This document shows positions 1-12,139 of a stretch of 64,000 nucleotides of DNA, piece after piece. The translations under genes were made by a program, and so were the position numbers. This stretch comes from the human T2T-CHM13v2.0 reference genome, Homo sapiens: NCBI RefSeq assembly GCF_009914755.1, contig NC_060939.1; one strand, given 5' to 3'. The notes under the pieces were generated by a model, which ran no database searches, was not told the DNA's origin, and worked only from the letters and a program-made list of their open reading frames with translations. Positions within the stretch are counted from its first letter, which is position 1. Each line of letters opens with the position of its first letter.

Positions 1-1013
1 TTTCATTCCATTCGATTCCCTTCCATTGGACTCCTTTCCATTCGAGTGCATTCCATTCCGTTCCATTTCTTTCCGTTCTGTACGATTCCTACCGTTCGAT
101 TTCATTTTGTTCCAGTCCATTCCTTTCGCGTCCATTCCATTCCATTTCACTCCATTCGATTCCATTCCACTCGATTCCACTTCGTTCCATTTCATTGCAT
201 TCCATTCTATTCAACTCTATTGCCTTCCATTCCATTCCATTCGATTACATTCCATGCGATTCCATTCGAAATCGAATCAATTACATTGCAATCCATTACT
301 ATTGAGTCCGTTTTATTCCAGTCCACTGCATTCTGGTCCATTCCATTTGATTCCATTCCATTCTATTCCATTCCATACAGTTGCATTCCATTGGATTCCA
401 TTCTATATCTATAAATTCAATTCGAGACCATTGCTTTTGAGTCCATTCTATATGATTCCATTCCATTCAAGTCCATTACATTTGGTTCAATTCCATTCCA
501 TTCCATTCCTTTCCATTCCATTCCATTTGATATCAATCCATTCGATTCCATTCCATTCGAGCACATTCCATTCGAGTCCATTCCATTCGATGCCATTCCA
601 TTTGATTCTATTCCATTAGTCTCCATTCAATTCCATTAATCTCCATTCCATTCCATTCTACACCAACTGATTCCATTCCATTCTATTCCTTTCCATTCCA
701 TTTCATTCCATTCCATTCCATTCCATTCCATTCCATTCGTGTCCATTCCACTCCAGTCCATTCCATTCGTGTCCATTCCGTTCCAGTCCATTCCATTTGT
801 GTCCACTGCATTCCATTCCACTCCATTCCATATTATTCCATTACACTCCATTCCATTCTATTACTTTCATTTCCATTCAATTCCATTCCATTTGATTCCA
901 TTCCACTCGGTTTCATTCCATTTGAGTCCACTCCATTCCATTCCATTCCATTCCATTCAGTTCCATTCCATTCTGTTCCATTCCATTCCGTTCCATTACA
1001 TTCCATTCCATTC

Positions 1014-2063
1014 GGTACCATTCCATATTGTTCCATTCGATTCCATTCGAATCCATTCCATTCCAGTCCATTCCATTCGATTCCATTCCATTCATTTCAA
1101 TTCCATTCCATTCCATTCCATTACATTCCACTTGATTCCTCTCCATTCCCTTCCACTGCATTCCGTTCGATTCCATTCCATTGCATTGCATTCCATTCCA
1201 TTGGATTGCATTCCATTCGATTCCATTCCATTCGAATCAATTACATAGCAATCCATTACATTCGAGTCTATTCTATTCCGTTCCATTCGATTTCGTTCCA
1301 ATCCATTCGATTCCATTCCATTCGGTTCCATTCCATACTATTGCATTCCATTCGATTACATTATATTCGAATAAGTTCCATTCAAGACCATTTCTTTTGA
1401 GTCCATTCTATTTGAGTCCATTCCCTTTGATTCCATAACATTTGAGTCCATTCAATTCCATTCCTTTCGTTTCCATTCCATTTGATGCCATTCCATTCAA
1501 TTCTGTTCTACTCGACTCCAATACATTCAATTCCATTCCATCCGATTCCATTACATTCTTTTCATTTCTTATCCATTTCAAGCCATTCCACTCCATTCCA
1601 TTCCACTCGTTTCCTTTCCATTCGAGTCCATTCCATTCGATGCCATTCCATTTGGTTCTATTCCATTAGTCTCCATTCAATTCCATTAATCTCCATTCCA
1701 TTCCATTCTACTCCAACTGATTCCATTCCATTCTATTCCTTTCCATTCCATTTCATTCCATTCCATTCCATTCCATTCCATTCCATTCGTGTCCATTCCA
1801 CTCCAGTCCATTCCATTCGTGTCCATTCCGTTCCAGTCCATTCCATTTGTGTCCACTGCATTCCATTCCACTCCATTCCATATTATTCCATTACACTCCA
1901 TTCCATTCTATTACTTTCATTTCCATTCAATTCCATTCCATTTAATTCCATTCCACTCGGTTTCATTCCATTTGAGTCCACTCCATTCCATTCCATTCCA
2001 TTCCATTCAGTTCCATTCCATTCTGTTCCATTCCATTCCGTTCCATTACATTCCATTCCATTC
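1014..2063 (+). repeat. Truncated 1050-bp unit (739-bp internal deletion), copy 1
   Basis: KpnI-to-KpnI distance is 1050 bp. The junction at 1616-1634 joins ...ACTCGTTTCCT directly to ...ATTCGATGCC. Confidence 0.93.
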
Positions 2064-3866
2064 GGTACCATTCCATATTGTTCCATTCGATTCCATTCGA
2101 ATCCATTCCATTCCAGTCCATTCCATTCGATTCCATTCCATTCATTTCAATTCCATTCCATTCCATTCCATTACATTCCACTTGATTCCTCTCCATTCCC
2201 TTCCACTGCATTCCGTTCGATTCCATTCCATTGCATTGCATTCCATTCCATTGGATTGCATTCCATTCGATTCCATTCCATTCGAATCAATTACATAGCA
2301 ATCCATTACATTCGAGTCTATTCTATTCCGTTCCATTCGATTTCGTTCCAATCCATTCGATTCCATTCCATTCGATTCCATTCCATACTATTGCATTCCA
2401 TTCTATTACATTATATTCGAATAAGTTCCATTCAAGACCATTTCTTTTGAGTCCATTCTATTTGAGTCCATTCCCTTTGATTCCATAACATTTGAGTCCA
2501 TTCAATTCCATTCCTTTCGTTTCCATTCCATTTGATGCCATTCCATTCAATTCTGTTCTACTCGACTCCAATACATTCAATTCCATTCCATCCGATTCCA
2601 TTACATTCTTTTCATTTCTTATCCATTTCAAGCCATTCCACTCCATTCCACTCCACTCGTTTCCTTTCCATTCGAGTCCATTCCTCTCCAGTCCATTCCG
2701 TTCAATCCATTCCATTCCAGTCCATTCCATTCGAGTCCGTTCCATTCCAGTCCATTCCATTCGAGTCAATTCCATTCCATTCGATGTCTTTCCATAACGA
2801 TCCATTCCATTCTATTCCTTTCGATTCCATTCCATTCTATTTCATTCCATTCGATTCCCTTCCATTGGACTCCTTTCCATTCGAGTGCATTCCATTCCGT
2901 TCCATTTCTTCCCGTTCTGTACGATTCCTACCGTTCGATTTCATTTTGTTCCAGTCCATTCTTTCGCGTCCATTCCATTCCATTTCACTCCATTCGATTC
3001 CATTCCACTCGATTCCACTTCGTTCCATTTCATTGCATTCCATTCTATTCAACTCTATTGCCTTCCATTCCATTCCATTCGATTACATTCCATGCGATTC
3101 CATTCGAAATCGAATCAATTACATTGCAATCCATTACTATTGAGTCCGTTTTATTCCAGTCCACTGCATTCTGGTCCATTCCATTTGATTCCATTCCATT
3201 CTATTCCATTCCATACAGTTGCATTCCATTGGATTCCATTCTATATCTATAAATTCAATTCGAGACCATTGTTTTTGAGTCCATTCTATATGATTCCATT
3301 CCATTCAAGTCCATTACATTTGGTAAAATTCCATTCCAATAGGGTCAATTCCATTCCATTCCATTCCCTTCCATTCCATTCCAGTTCATATCAATCCATT
3401 CGATTCCATTCCATTCGAGCACATTCCATTCGAGTCCATTCCATTCGATGCCATTCCATTTGATTCTATTCCATTAGTCTCCATTCAATTCCATTAATCT
3501 CCATTCCATTCCATTCTACTCCAACTGATTCCATTCCATTCTATTCCTTTCCATTCCATTTCATTCCATTCCATTCCATTCCATTCCATTCCATTCGTGT
3601 CCATTCCACTCCAGTCCATTCCATTCGTATCCATTCCATTCCAGTCCATTCCATTTGTGTCCACTGCATTCCATTCCACTCCATTCCATATTATTCCATT
3701 ACACTCCATTCCATTCTATTACTTTCATTTCCATTCAATTCCATTCCATTTGATTCCATTCCACTCGGTTTCATTCCATTTGAGTCCACTCCATTCCATT
3801 CCATTCCATTCAGTTCCATTCCATTCTGTTCCATTCCATTCCGTTCCATTACATTCCATTCCATTC
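2064..3866 (+). repeat. Aberrant 1803-bp unit (+20 bp duplication, -1 bp and -5 bp relative to the 1789-bp neighbours)
   Basis: Extra 20-mer at 3321-3360. One base is lost near 2960 (CCATTCTTTCGCG versus CCATTCCTTTCGCG). One pentamer is missing before CAGTTCC at about 3811. Confidence 0.88.
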
Positions 3867-5655
3867 GGTACCATTCCATATTGTTCCATTCGATTCCATT
3901 CGAATCCATTCCATTCCAGTCCATTCCATTCGATTCCATTCCATTCATTTCAATTCCATTCCATTCCATTCCATTACATTCCACTTGATTCCTCTCCATT
4001 CCCTTCCACTGCATTCCGTTCGATTCCATTCCATTGCATTGCATTCCATTCCATTGGATTGCATTCCATTCGATTCCATTCCATTCGAATCAATTACATA
4101 GCAATCCATTACATTCGAGTCTATTCTATTCCGTTCCATTCGATTTCGTTCCAATCCATTCGATTCCATTCCATTCGATTCCATTCCATACTATTGCATT
4201 CCATTCGATTACATTATATTCGAATAAGTTCCATTCAAGACCATTTCTTTTGAGTCCATTCTATTTGAGTCCATTCCCTTTGATTCCATAACATTTGAGT
4301 CCATTCAATTCCATTCCTTTCGTTTCCATTCCATTTGATGCCATTCCATTCAATTCTGTTCTACTCGACTCCAATACATTCAATTCCATTCCATCCGATT
4401 CCATTACATTCTTTTCATTTCTTATCCATTTCAAGCCATTCCACTCCATTCCATTCCACTCGTTTCCTTTCCATTCGAGTCCATTACTCTCCAGTCCATT
4501 CCGTTCAATCCATTGCATTCCAGTCCATTCCATTCGAGTCCGTTCCATTCCAGTCCATTCCATTCGAGTCAATTCCATCCCATTCGATGTCTTTCCATAA
4601 CGATCCATTCCATTCTATTCCTTTCGATTCCATTCCATTCTATTTCATTCCATTCGATTCCCTTCCATTGGACTCCTTTCCATTCGAGTGCATTCCATTC
4701 CGTTCCATTTCTTTCCGTTCTGTACGATTCCTACCGTTCGATTTCATTTTGTTCCAGTCCATTCCTTTCGCGTCCATTCCATTCCATTTCACTCCATTCG
4801 ATTCCATTCCACTCGATTCCACTTCGTTCCATTTCATTGCATTCCATTCTATTCAACTCTATTGCCTTCCATTCCATTCCATTCGATTACATTCCATGCG
4901 ATTCCATTCGAAATCGAATCAATTACATTGCAATCCATTACTATTGAGTCCGTTTTATTCCAGTCCACTGCATTCTGGTCCATTCCATTTGATTCCATTC
5001 CATTCTATTCCATTCCATACAGTTGCATTCCATTGGATTCCATTCTATATCTATAAATTCAATTCGAGACCATTGCTTTTGAGTCCATTCTATATGATTC
5101 CATTCCATTCAAGTCCATTACATTTGGTTCAATTCCATTCCATTCCATTCCTTTCCATTCCATTCCATTTGATATCAATCCATTCGATTCCATTCCATTC
5201 GAGCACATTCCATTCGAGTCCATTCCATTCGATGCCATTCCATTTGATTCTATTCCATTAGTCTCCATTCAATTCCATTAATCTCCATTCCATTCCATTC
5301 TACACCAACTGATTCCATTCCATTCTATTCCTTTCCATTCCATTTCATTCCATTCCATTCCATTCCATTCCATTCCATTCGTGTCCATTCCACTCCAGTC
5401 CATTCCATTCGTGTCCATTCCGTTCCAGTCCATTCCATTTGTGTCCACTGCATTCCATTCCACTCCATTCCATATTATTCCATTACACTCCATTCCATTC
5501 TATTACTTTCATTTCCATTCAATTCCATTCCATTTGATTCCATTCCACTCGGTTTCATTCCATTTGAGTCCACTCCATTCCATTCCATTCCATTCCATTC
5601 AGTTCCATTCCATTCTGTTCCATTCCATTCCGTTCCATTACATTCCATTCCATTC

Positions 5656-7760
5656 GGTACCATTCCATATTGTTCCATTCGATTCCATTCGAATCCACTC
5701 CATTCCAGTCCATTCCATTCGATTCCATTCCATTCATTTCAATTCCATTCCATTCCATTCCATTACATTCCACTTGATTCCTCTCCATTCCCTTCCACTG
5801 CATTCCGTTCGATTCCATTCCATTGCATTGCATTCCATTCCATTGGATTGCATTCCATTCGATTCCATTCCATTCGAATCAATTACATAGCAATCCATTA
5901 CATTCGAGTCTATTCTATTCCGTTCCATTCGATTTCGTTCCAATCCATTCGATTCCATTCCATTCGGTTCCATTCCATACTATTGCATTCCATTCGATTA
6001 CATTATATTCGAATAAGTTCCATTCAAGACCATTTCTTTTGAGTCCATTCTATTTGAGTCCATTCCCTTTGATTCCATAACATTTGAGTCCATTCAATTC
6101 CATTCCTTTCGTTTCCATTCCATTTGATGCCATTCCATTCAATTCTGTTCTACTCGACTCCAATACATTCAATTCCATTCCATCCGATTCCATTACATTC
6201 TTTTCATTTCTTATCCATTTCAAGCCATTCCACTCCATTCCATTCCACTCGTTTCCTTTCCATTCGAGTCCATTCCATTCGATGCCATTCCATTTGGTTC
6301 TATTCCATTAGTCTCCATTCAATTCCATTAATCTCCATTCCATTCCATTCTACTCCAACTGATTCCATTCCATTCTATTCCTTTCCATTCCATTTCATTC
6401 CATTCAATTCCATTCCATTCCATTCCATTCGTGTCCATTCCACTCCAGTCCATTCCATTCGTGTCCATTCCGTTCCAGTCCATTCCATTTGTGTCCAGTG
6501 CATTCCATTCCACTCCATTCCATATTATTCCATTACACTCCATTCCATTCTATTACTTTCATTTCCATTCAATTCCATTCCATTTGATTCCATTCCACTC
6601 GGTTTCATTCCATTTGAGTCCACTCCATTCCATTCCATTCCATTCCATTCAGTTCCATTCCATTCTGTTCCATTCCATTCCGTTCCATTACATTCCATTC
6701 CATTCGGTACCATTCCATATTGTTCCATTCGATTCCATTCGAATCCATTCCATTCCAGTCCATTCCATTCGATTCCATTCCATTCATTTCAATTCCATTC
6801 CATTCCATTCCATTACATTCCACTTGATTCCTCTCCATTCCCTTCCACTGCATTCCGTTCGATTCCATTCCATTGCATTGCATTCCATTCCATTGGATTG
6901 CATTCCATTCGATTCCATTCCATTCGAATCAATTACATAGCAATCCATTACATTCCAGTCTATTCTATTCCGTTCCATTCGATTTCGTTCCAATCCATTC
7001 GATTCCATTCTATTCGGTTCCATTCAATACTATTGCATTCCATTCGATTACATTATATTCGAATAAGTTCCATTCAAGACCATTTCTTTTGAGTCCATTC
7101 TATTTGAGTCCATTCCCTTTGATTCCATAACATTTGAGTCCATTCAATTCCATTCCTTTCGTTTCCATTCCATTTGATGCCATTCCATTCAATTCTGTTC
7201 TACTCGACTCCAATACATTCAATTCCATTCCATCCGATTCCATTACATTCTTTTCATTTCTTATCCATTTCAAGCCATTCCACTCCATTCCATTCCACTC
7301 GTTTCCTTTCCATTCGAGTCCATTCCATTCGATGCCATTCCATTTGGTTCTATTCCATTAGTCTCCATTCAATTCCATTAATCTCCATTCCATTCCATTC
7401 TACTCCAACTGATTCCATTCCATTCTATTCCTTTCCATTCCATTTCATTCCATTCCATTCCATTTCATTCCATTCCATTCCATTCCATTCCATTCGCTTC
7501 CATTCCATTCGTGTCCATTCCATTCCAGTCCATTCCATTTGTGTCCACTGCATTCCATTCCACTCCATTCCATATTATTCCATTACACTCCATTCCATTC
7601 TATTACTTTCATTTCCATTCAATTCCATTCCATTTGATTCCATTCCACTCGGTTTCATTCCATTTGAGTCCACTCCATTCCATTCCATTCCATTCCATTC
7701 CATTCAGTTCCATTCCATTCTGTTCCATTCCATTCCGTTCCATTGCATTCCATTCCATTC
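5656..7760 (+). repeat. Two tandem truncated units (1050 and 1055 bp) with the same 739-bp deletion junction
   Basis: KpnI sites at 5656, 6706 and 7761. Junctions at 6258-6276 and 7308-7326 are identical to the one at 1616-1634. Confidence 0.93.
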
Positions 7761-10700
7761 GGTACCATTCCATATTGTTCCATTCGATTCCATTCGAATC
7801 CATTCCATTCCAGTCCATTCCATTTGATTCCATTCCATTCCTTTCAATTCCATTCCATTCCATTCCATTCCACTTGATTCCTCTCCATTCCCTTCCACTG
7901 CATTCCATTCAATTCCATTCCATTGCATTGCATTCCATTCCATTGGACTGCATTCCATTCGATTCCATTCCATTCGAATCAATTACATAGCAATCCATTA
8001 CATTCGAGTCTATTCTATTCCGTTCCATTCGATTTCGTTCCAATCCATTCCATTCCATTCCATTCGATTCCATTCCATACTATTGCATTCCATTCGATTA
8101 CATTATATTCGAATAAGTTCCATTCAAGACCATTTCTTTTGAGTCCATTCTATTTGAGTCCATTCCCTTTGATTCCATAACATTTGAGTCCATTCAATTC
8201 CATTCCTTTCGTTTCCATTCCATTTGATGCCATTCCATTCAATTCTGTTCTACTCGACTCCAATACATTCAATTCCATTCCATCCGATTCCATTACATTC
8301 TTTTCATTTCTTATCCATTTCAAGCCATTCCACTCCATTCCATTCCACTCGTTTCCTTTCCATTCGAGTCCATTCCTCTCCAGTCCAATCCGTTCAATCC
8401 ATTCCATTCCAGTCCATTCCATTCGAGTCCGTTCCATTCCAGTCCATTCCATTCGAGTCAATTCCATCCCATTCGATGTCTTTCCATAACGATCCATTCC
8501 ATTCTATTCCTTTCGATTCCATTCCATTCTATTTCATTCCATTCGATTCCCTTCCATTGGACTCCTTTCCATTCGAGTGCATTCCATTCCGTTCCATTTC
8601 TTTCCGTTCTGTACGATTCCTACCGTTCGATTTCATTTTGTTCCAGTCCATTCCTTTCGCGTCCATTCCATTCCATTTCACTCCATTCGATTCCATTCCA
8701 CTCGATTCCACTTCGTTCCATTTCATTGCATTCCATTCTATTCAACTCTATTGCCTTCCATTCCATTCCATTCGATTACATTCCATGCGATTCCATTCGA
8801 AATCGAATCAATTACATTGCAATCCATAACTATTGAGTCCATTTTATTCCAGTCCACTGCATTCTGGTCCATTCCATTTGATTCCATTCCATTCTATTCC
8901 ATTCCATACAGTTGCATTCCATTGGATTCCATTCTATATCTATAAATTCAATTCGAGACCATTGATTTTGAGTCCATTCTATATGATTCCATTCCATTCA
9001 AGTCCATTACATTTGGTTCAATTCCATTCCATTCCATTCCCTTCCATTCCATTCCAGTTGATATCAATCCATTCGATTCCATTCCATTCGAGCACATTCC
9101 ATTCGAGTCCATTCCATTCGATGCCATTCCATTTGGTTCTATTCCATTAGTCTCCATTCAATTCCATTAATCTCCATTCCATTCCATTCTACTCCAACTG
9201 ATTCCATTCCATTCTATTCCTTTCCATTCCATTTCATTCCATTCCATTCCATTTCATTCCATTCCATTCCATTCCATTCCATTCGCTTCCATTCCATTCG
9301 TGTCCATTCCATTCCAGTCCATTCCATTTGTGTCCACTGCATTCCATTCCAATCCATTCCATATTATTCCATTACACTCCATTCCATTCTATTACTTTCA
9401 TTTCCATTCAATTCCATTCCATTTGATTCCATTCCACTCGGTTTCATTCCATTTGAGTCCACTCCATTCCATTCCATTCCATTCCATTCAGTTCCATTCC
9501 ATTCTGTTCCATTCCATTCCGTTCCATTGCATTCCATTCCATTCGGTACCATTCCATATTGTTCCATTCGATTCCATTCGAATCCATTCCATTCCAGTCC
9601 ATTCCATTCGATTCCATTCCATTCCTTTCAATTCCATTCCATTCCATTCCATTCCACTTGATTCCACTCCATTCCCTTCCACTGCATTCCATTCGATTCC
9701 ATTCCATTGCATTGCATTCCATTCCATTGGACTGCATTCCATTCGATTCCATTCCATTCGAATCAATTACATAGCAATCCATTACATTCGAGTCTATTCT
9801 ATTCCGTTCAATTCGATTTTGTTCCAATCCATTCGATTCCATTCCATTCGATTCCATTCCATACTATTGCATTCCATTCTATTACATTATATTCGAATAA
9901 GTTCCATTCAAGACCATTTCTTTTGAGTCCATTCTATTTGAGTCCATTCCCTTTGATTCCATAACATTTGAGTCCATTCAATTCCATTCCTTTCGTTTCC
10001 ATTCCATTTGATGCCATTCCATTCAATTCTGTTCTACTCGACTCCAATACATTCAATTCCATTCCATCCGATTCCATTACATTCTTTTCATTTCTTATCC
10101 ATTTCAAGCCATTCCACTCCATTCCATTCCACTCGTTTCCTTTCCATTCGAGTCCATTCCTCTCCAGTCCATTCCGTTCAATCCATTCCATTCCAGTCCA
10201 TTCCATTCGAGTCCGTTCCATTCCAGTCCATTCCATTCGAGTCAATTCCATTCCATTCGATGTCTTTCCATAACGATCCATTCCATTCTATTCCTTTCGA
10301 TTCCATTCCATTCTATTTCATTCCATTCGATTCCCTTCCATTGGACTCCTTTCCATTCGAGTGCATTCCATTCCGTTCCATTTCTTTCCGTTCTGTACGA
10401 TTCCTACCGTTCGATTTCATTTTGTTCCAGTCCATTCCTTTCGCGTCCATTCCATTCCATTTCACTCCATTCGATTCCATTCCACTCGATTCCACTTCGT
10501 TCCATTTCATTGCATTCCATTCTATTCAACTCTATTGCCTTCCATTCCATTCCATTCGATTACATTCCATGCGATTCCATTCGAAATCGAATCAATTACA
10601 TTGCAATCCATTACTATTGAGTCCGTTTTATTCCAGTCCACTGCATTCTGGTCCATTCCATTTGATTCCATTCCATTCTATTCCATTCCATACAGTTGCA

Positions 10701-12139
10701 TTCCATTGGATTCCATGCTATATCTATAAATTCAATTCGAGACCATTGCTTTTGAGTCCATTCTATATGATTCCATTCCATTCAAGTCCATTACATTTGG
10801 TTCAATTCCATTCCATTCCATTCCCTTCCATTCCATTCCATTTGATATCAATCCATTCGATTCCATTCCATTCGAGCACATTCCATTCGAGTCCATTCCA
10901 TTCGATGCCATTCCATTTGATTCTATTCCATTAGTCTCCATTCAATTCCATTAATCTCCATTCCATTCCATTCTACTCCAACTGATTCCATTCCATTCTA
11001 TTCCTTTCCATTCCATTTCATTCCATTCCATTCCATTCCATTCCATTCCATTCGTGTCCATTCCACTCCAGTCCATTCCATTCGTGTCCATTCCATTCCA
11101 GTCCATTCCATTTGTGTCCACTGCATTCCATTCCACTCCATTCCATATTATTCCATTACACACCATTCCATTCTATCACTTTCATTTCCATTCAATTCCA
11201 TTCCATTTGATTCCATTCCACTCGGTTTCATTCCATTTGAGTCCACTCCATTCCATTCCATTCAGTTCCATTCCATTCTGTTCCATTCCATTCCGTTCCA
11301 TTACATTCCATTCCATTCGGTACCATTCCATATTGTTCCATTCGATTCCATTCGAATCCATTCCATTCCAGTCCATTCCATTCGATTCCATTCCATTCAT
11401 TTCAATTCCATTCCATTCCATTCCATTACATTCCACTTGATTCCTCTCCATTCCCTTCCACTGCATTCCGTTCGATTCCATTCCATTGCATTGCATTCCA
11501 TTCCATTGGATTGCATTCCATTCGATTCCATTCCATTCGAATCAATTACATAGCAATCCATTGCATTCGAGTCTATTCTCTTCCGTTCCATTCGATTTCG
11601 TTCCAATCCATTCGATACCATTCCATTCGATTCCATTCCATACTATTGCATTCCATTCGATTACATTATATTCGAATAAGTTCCATTCAAGACCATTTCT
11701 TTTGAGTCCATTCTATTTGAGTCCATTCCCTTTGATTCCATAACATTTGAGTCCATTCAATTCCATTCCTTTCGTTTCCATTCCATTTGATGCCATTCCA
11801 TTCAATTCTGTTCTACTCGACTCCAATACACTCAATTCCATTCCATCCGATTCCATTACATTCTTTTCATTTCTTATCCATTTCAAGCCATTCCACTCCA
11901 TTCCATTCCACTCGTTTCCTTTCCATTCGAGTCCATTACTCTCCAGTCCATTCCGTTCAATCCATTCCATTCCAGTCCATTCCATTCGAGTCCGTTCCAT
12001 TCCAGTCCATTCCATTCGAGTCAATTCCATTCCATTCGATGTCTTTCCATAACGATCCATTCCATTCTATTCCTTTCGATTCCATTCCATTCTATTTCAT
12101 TCCATTCGATTCCCTTCCATTGGACTCCTTTCCATTCGA

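Noticed and set aside
1365-1382. Canonical heat-shock element at TTCGAATAAGTTCC (and TTCGAAATCGAA at ~265)
   Set aside because: The spacing does not fit alternating nGAAnnTTCn units (0 or 4 nt gaps in place of 2).
3338-3350. AATAGGGTCAA as a telomere-variant seed, nuclear-receptor half-site or mobile-element remnant
   Set aside because: It is too short, and it aligns to the local consensus as a mutated duplicate. There is no target-site duplication, poly(A) or terminal repeat.
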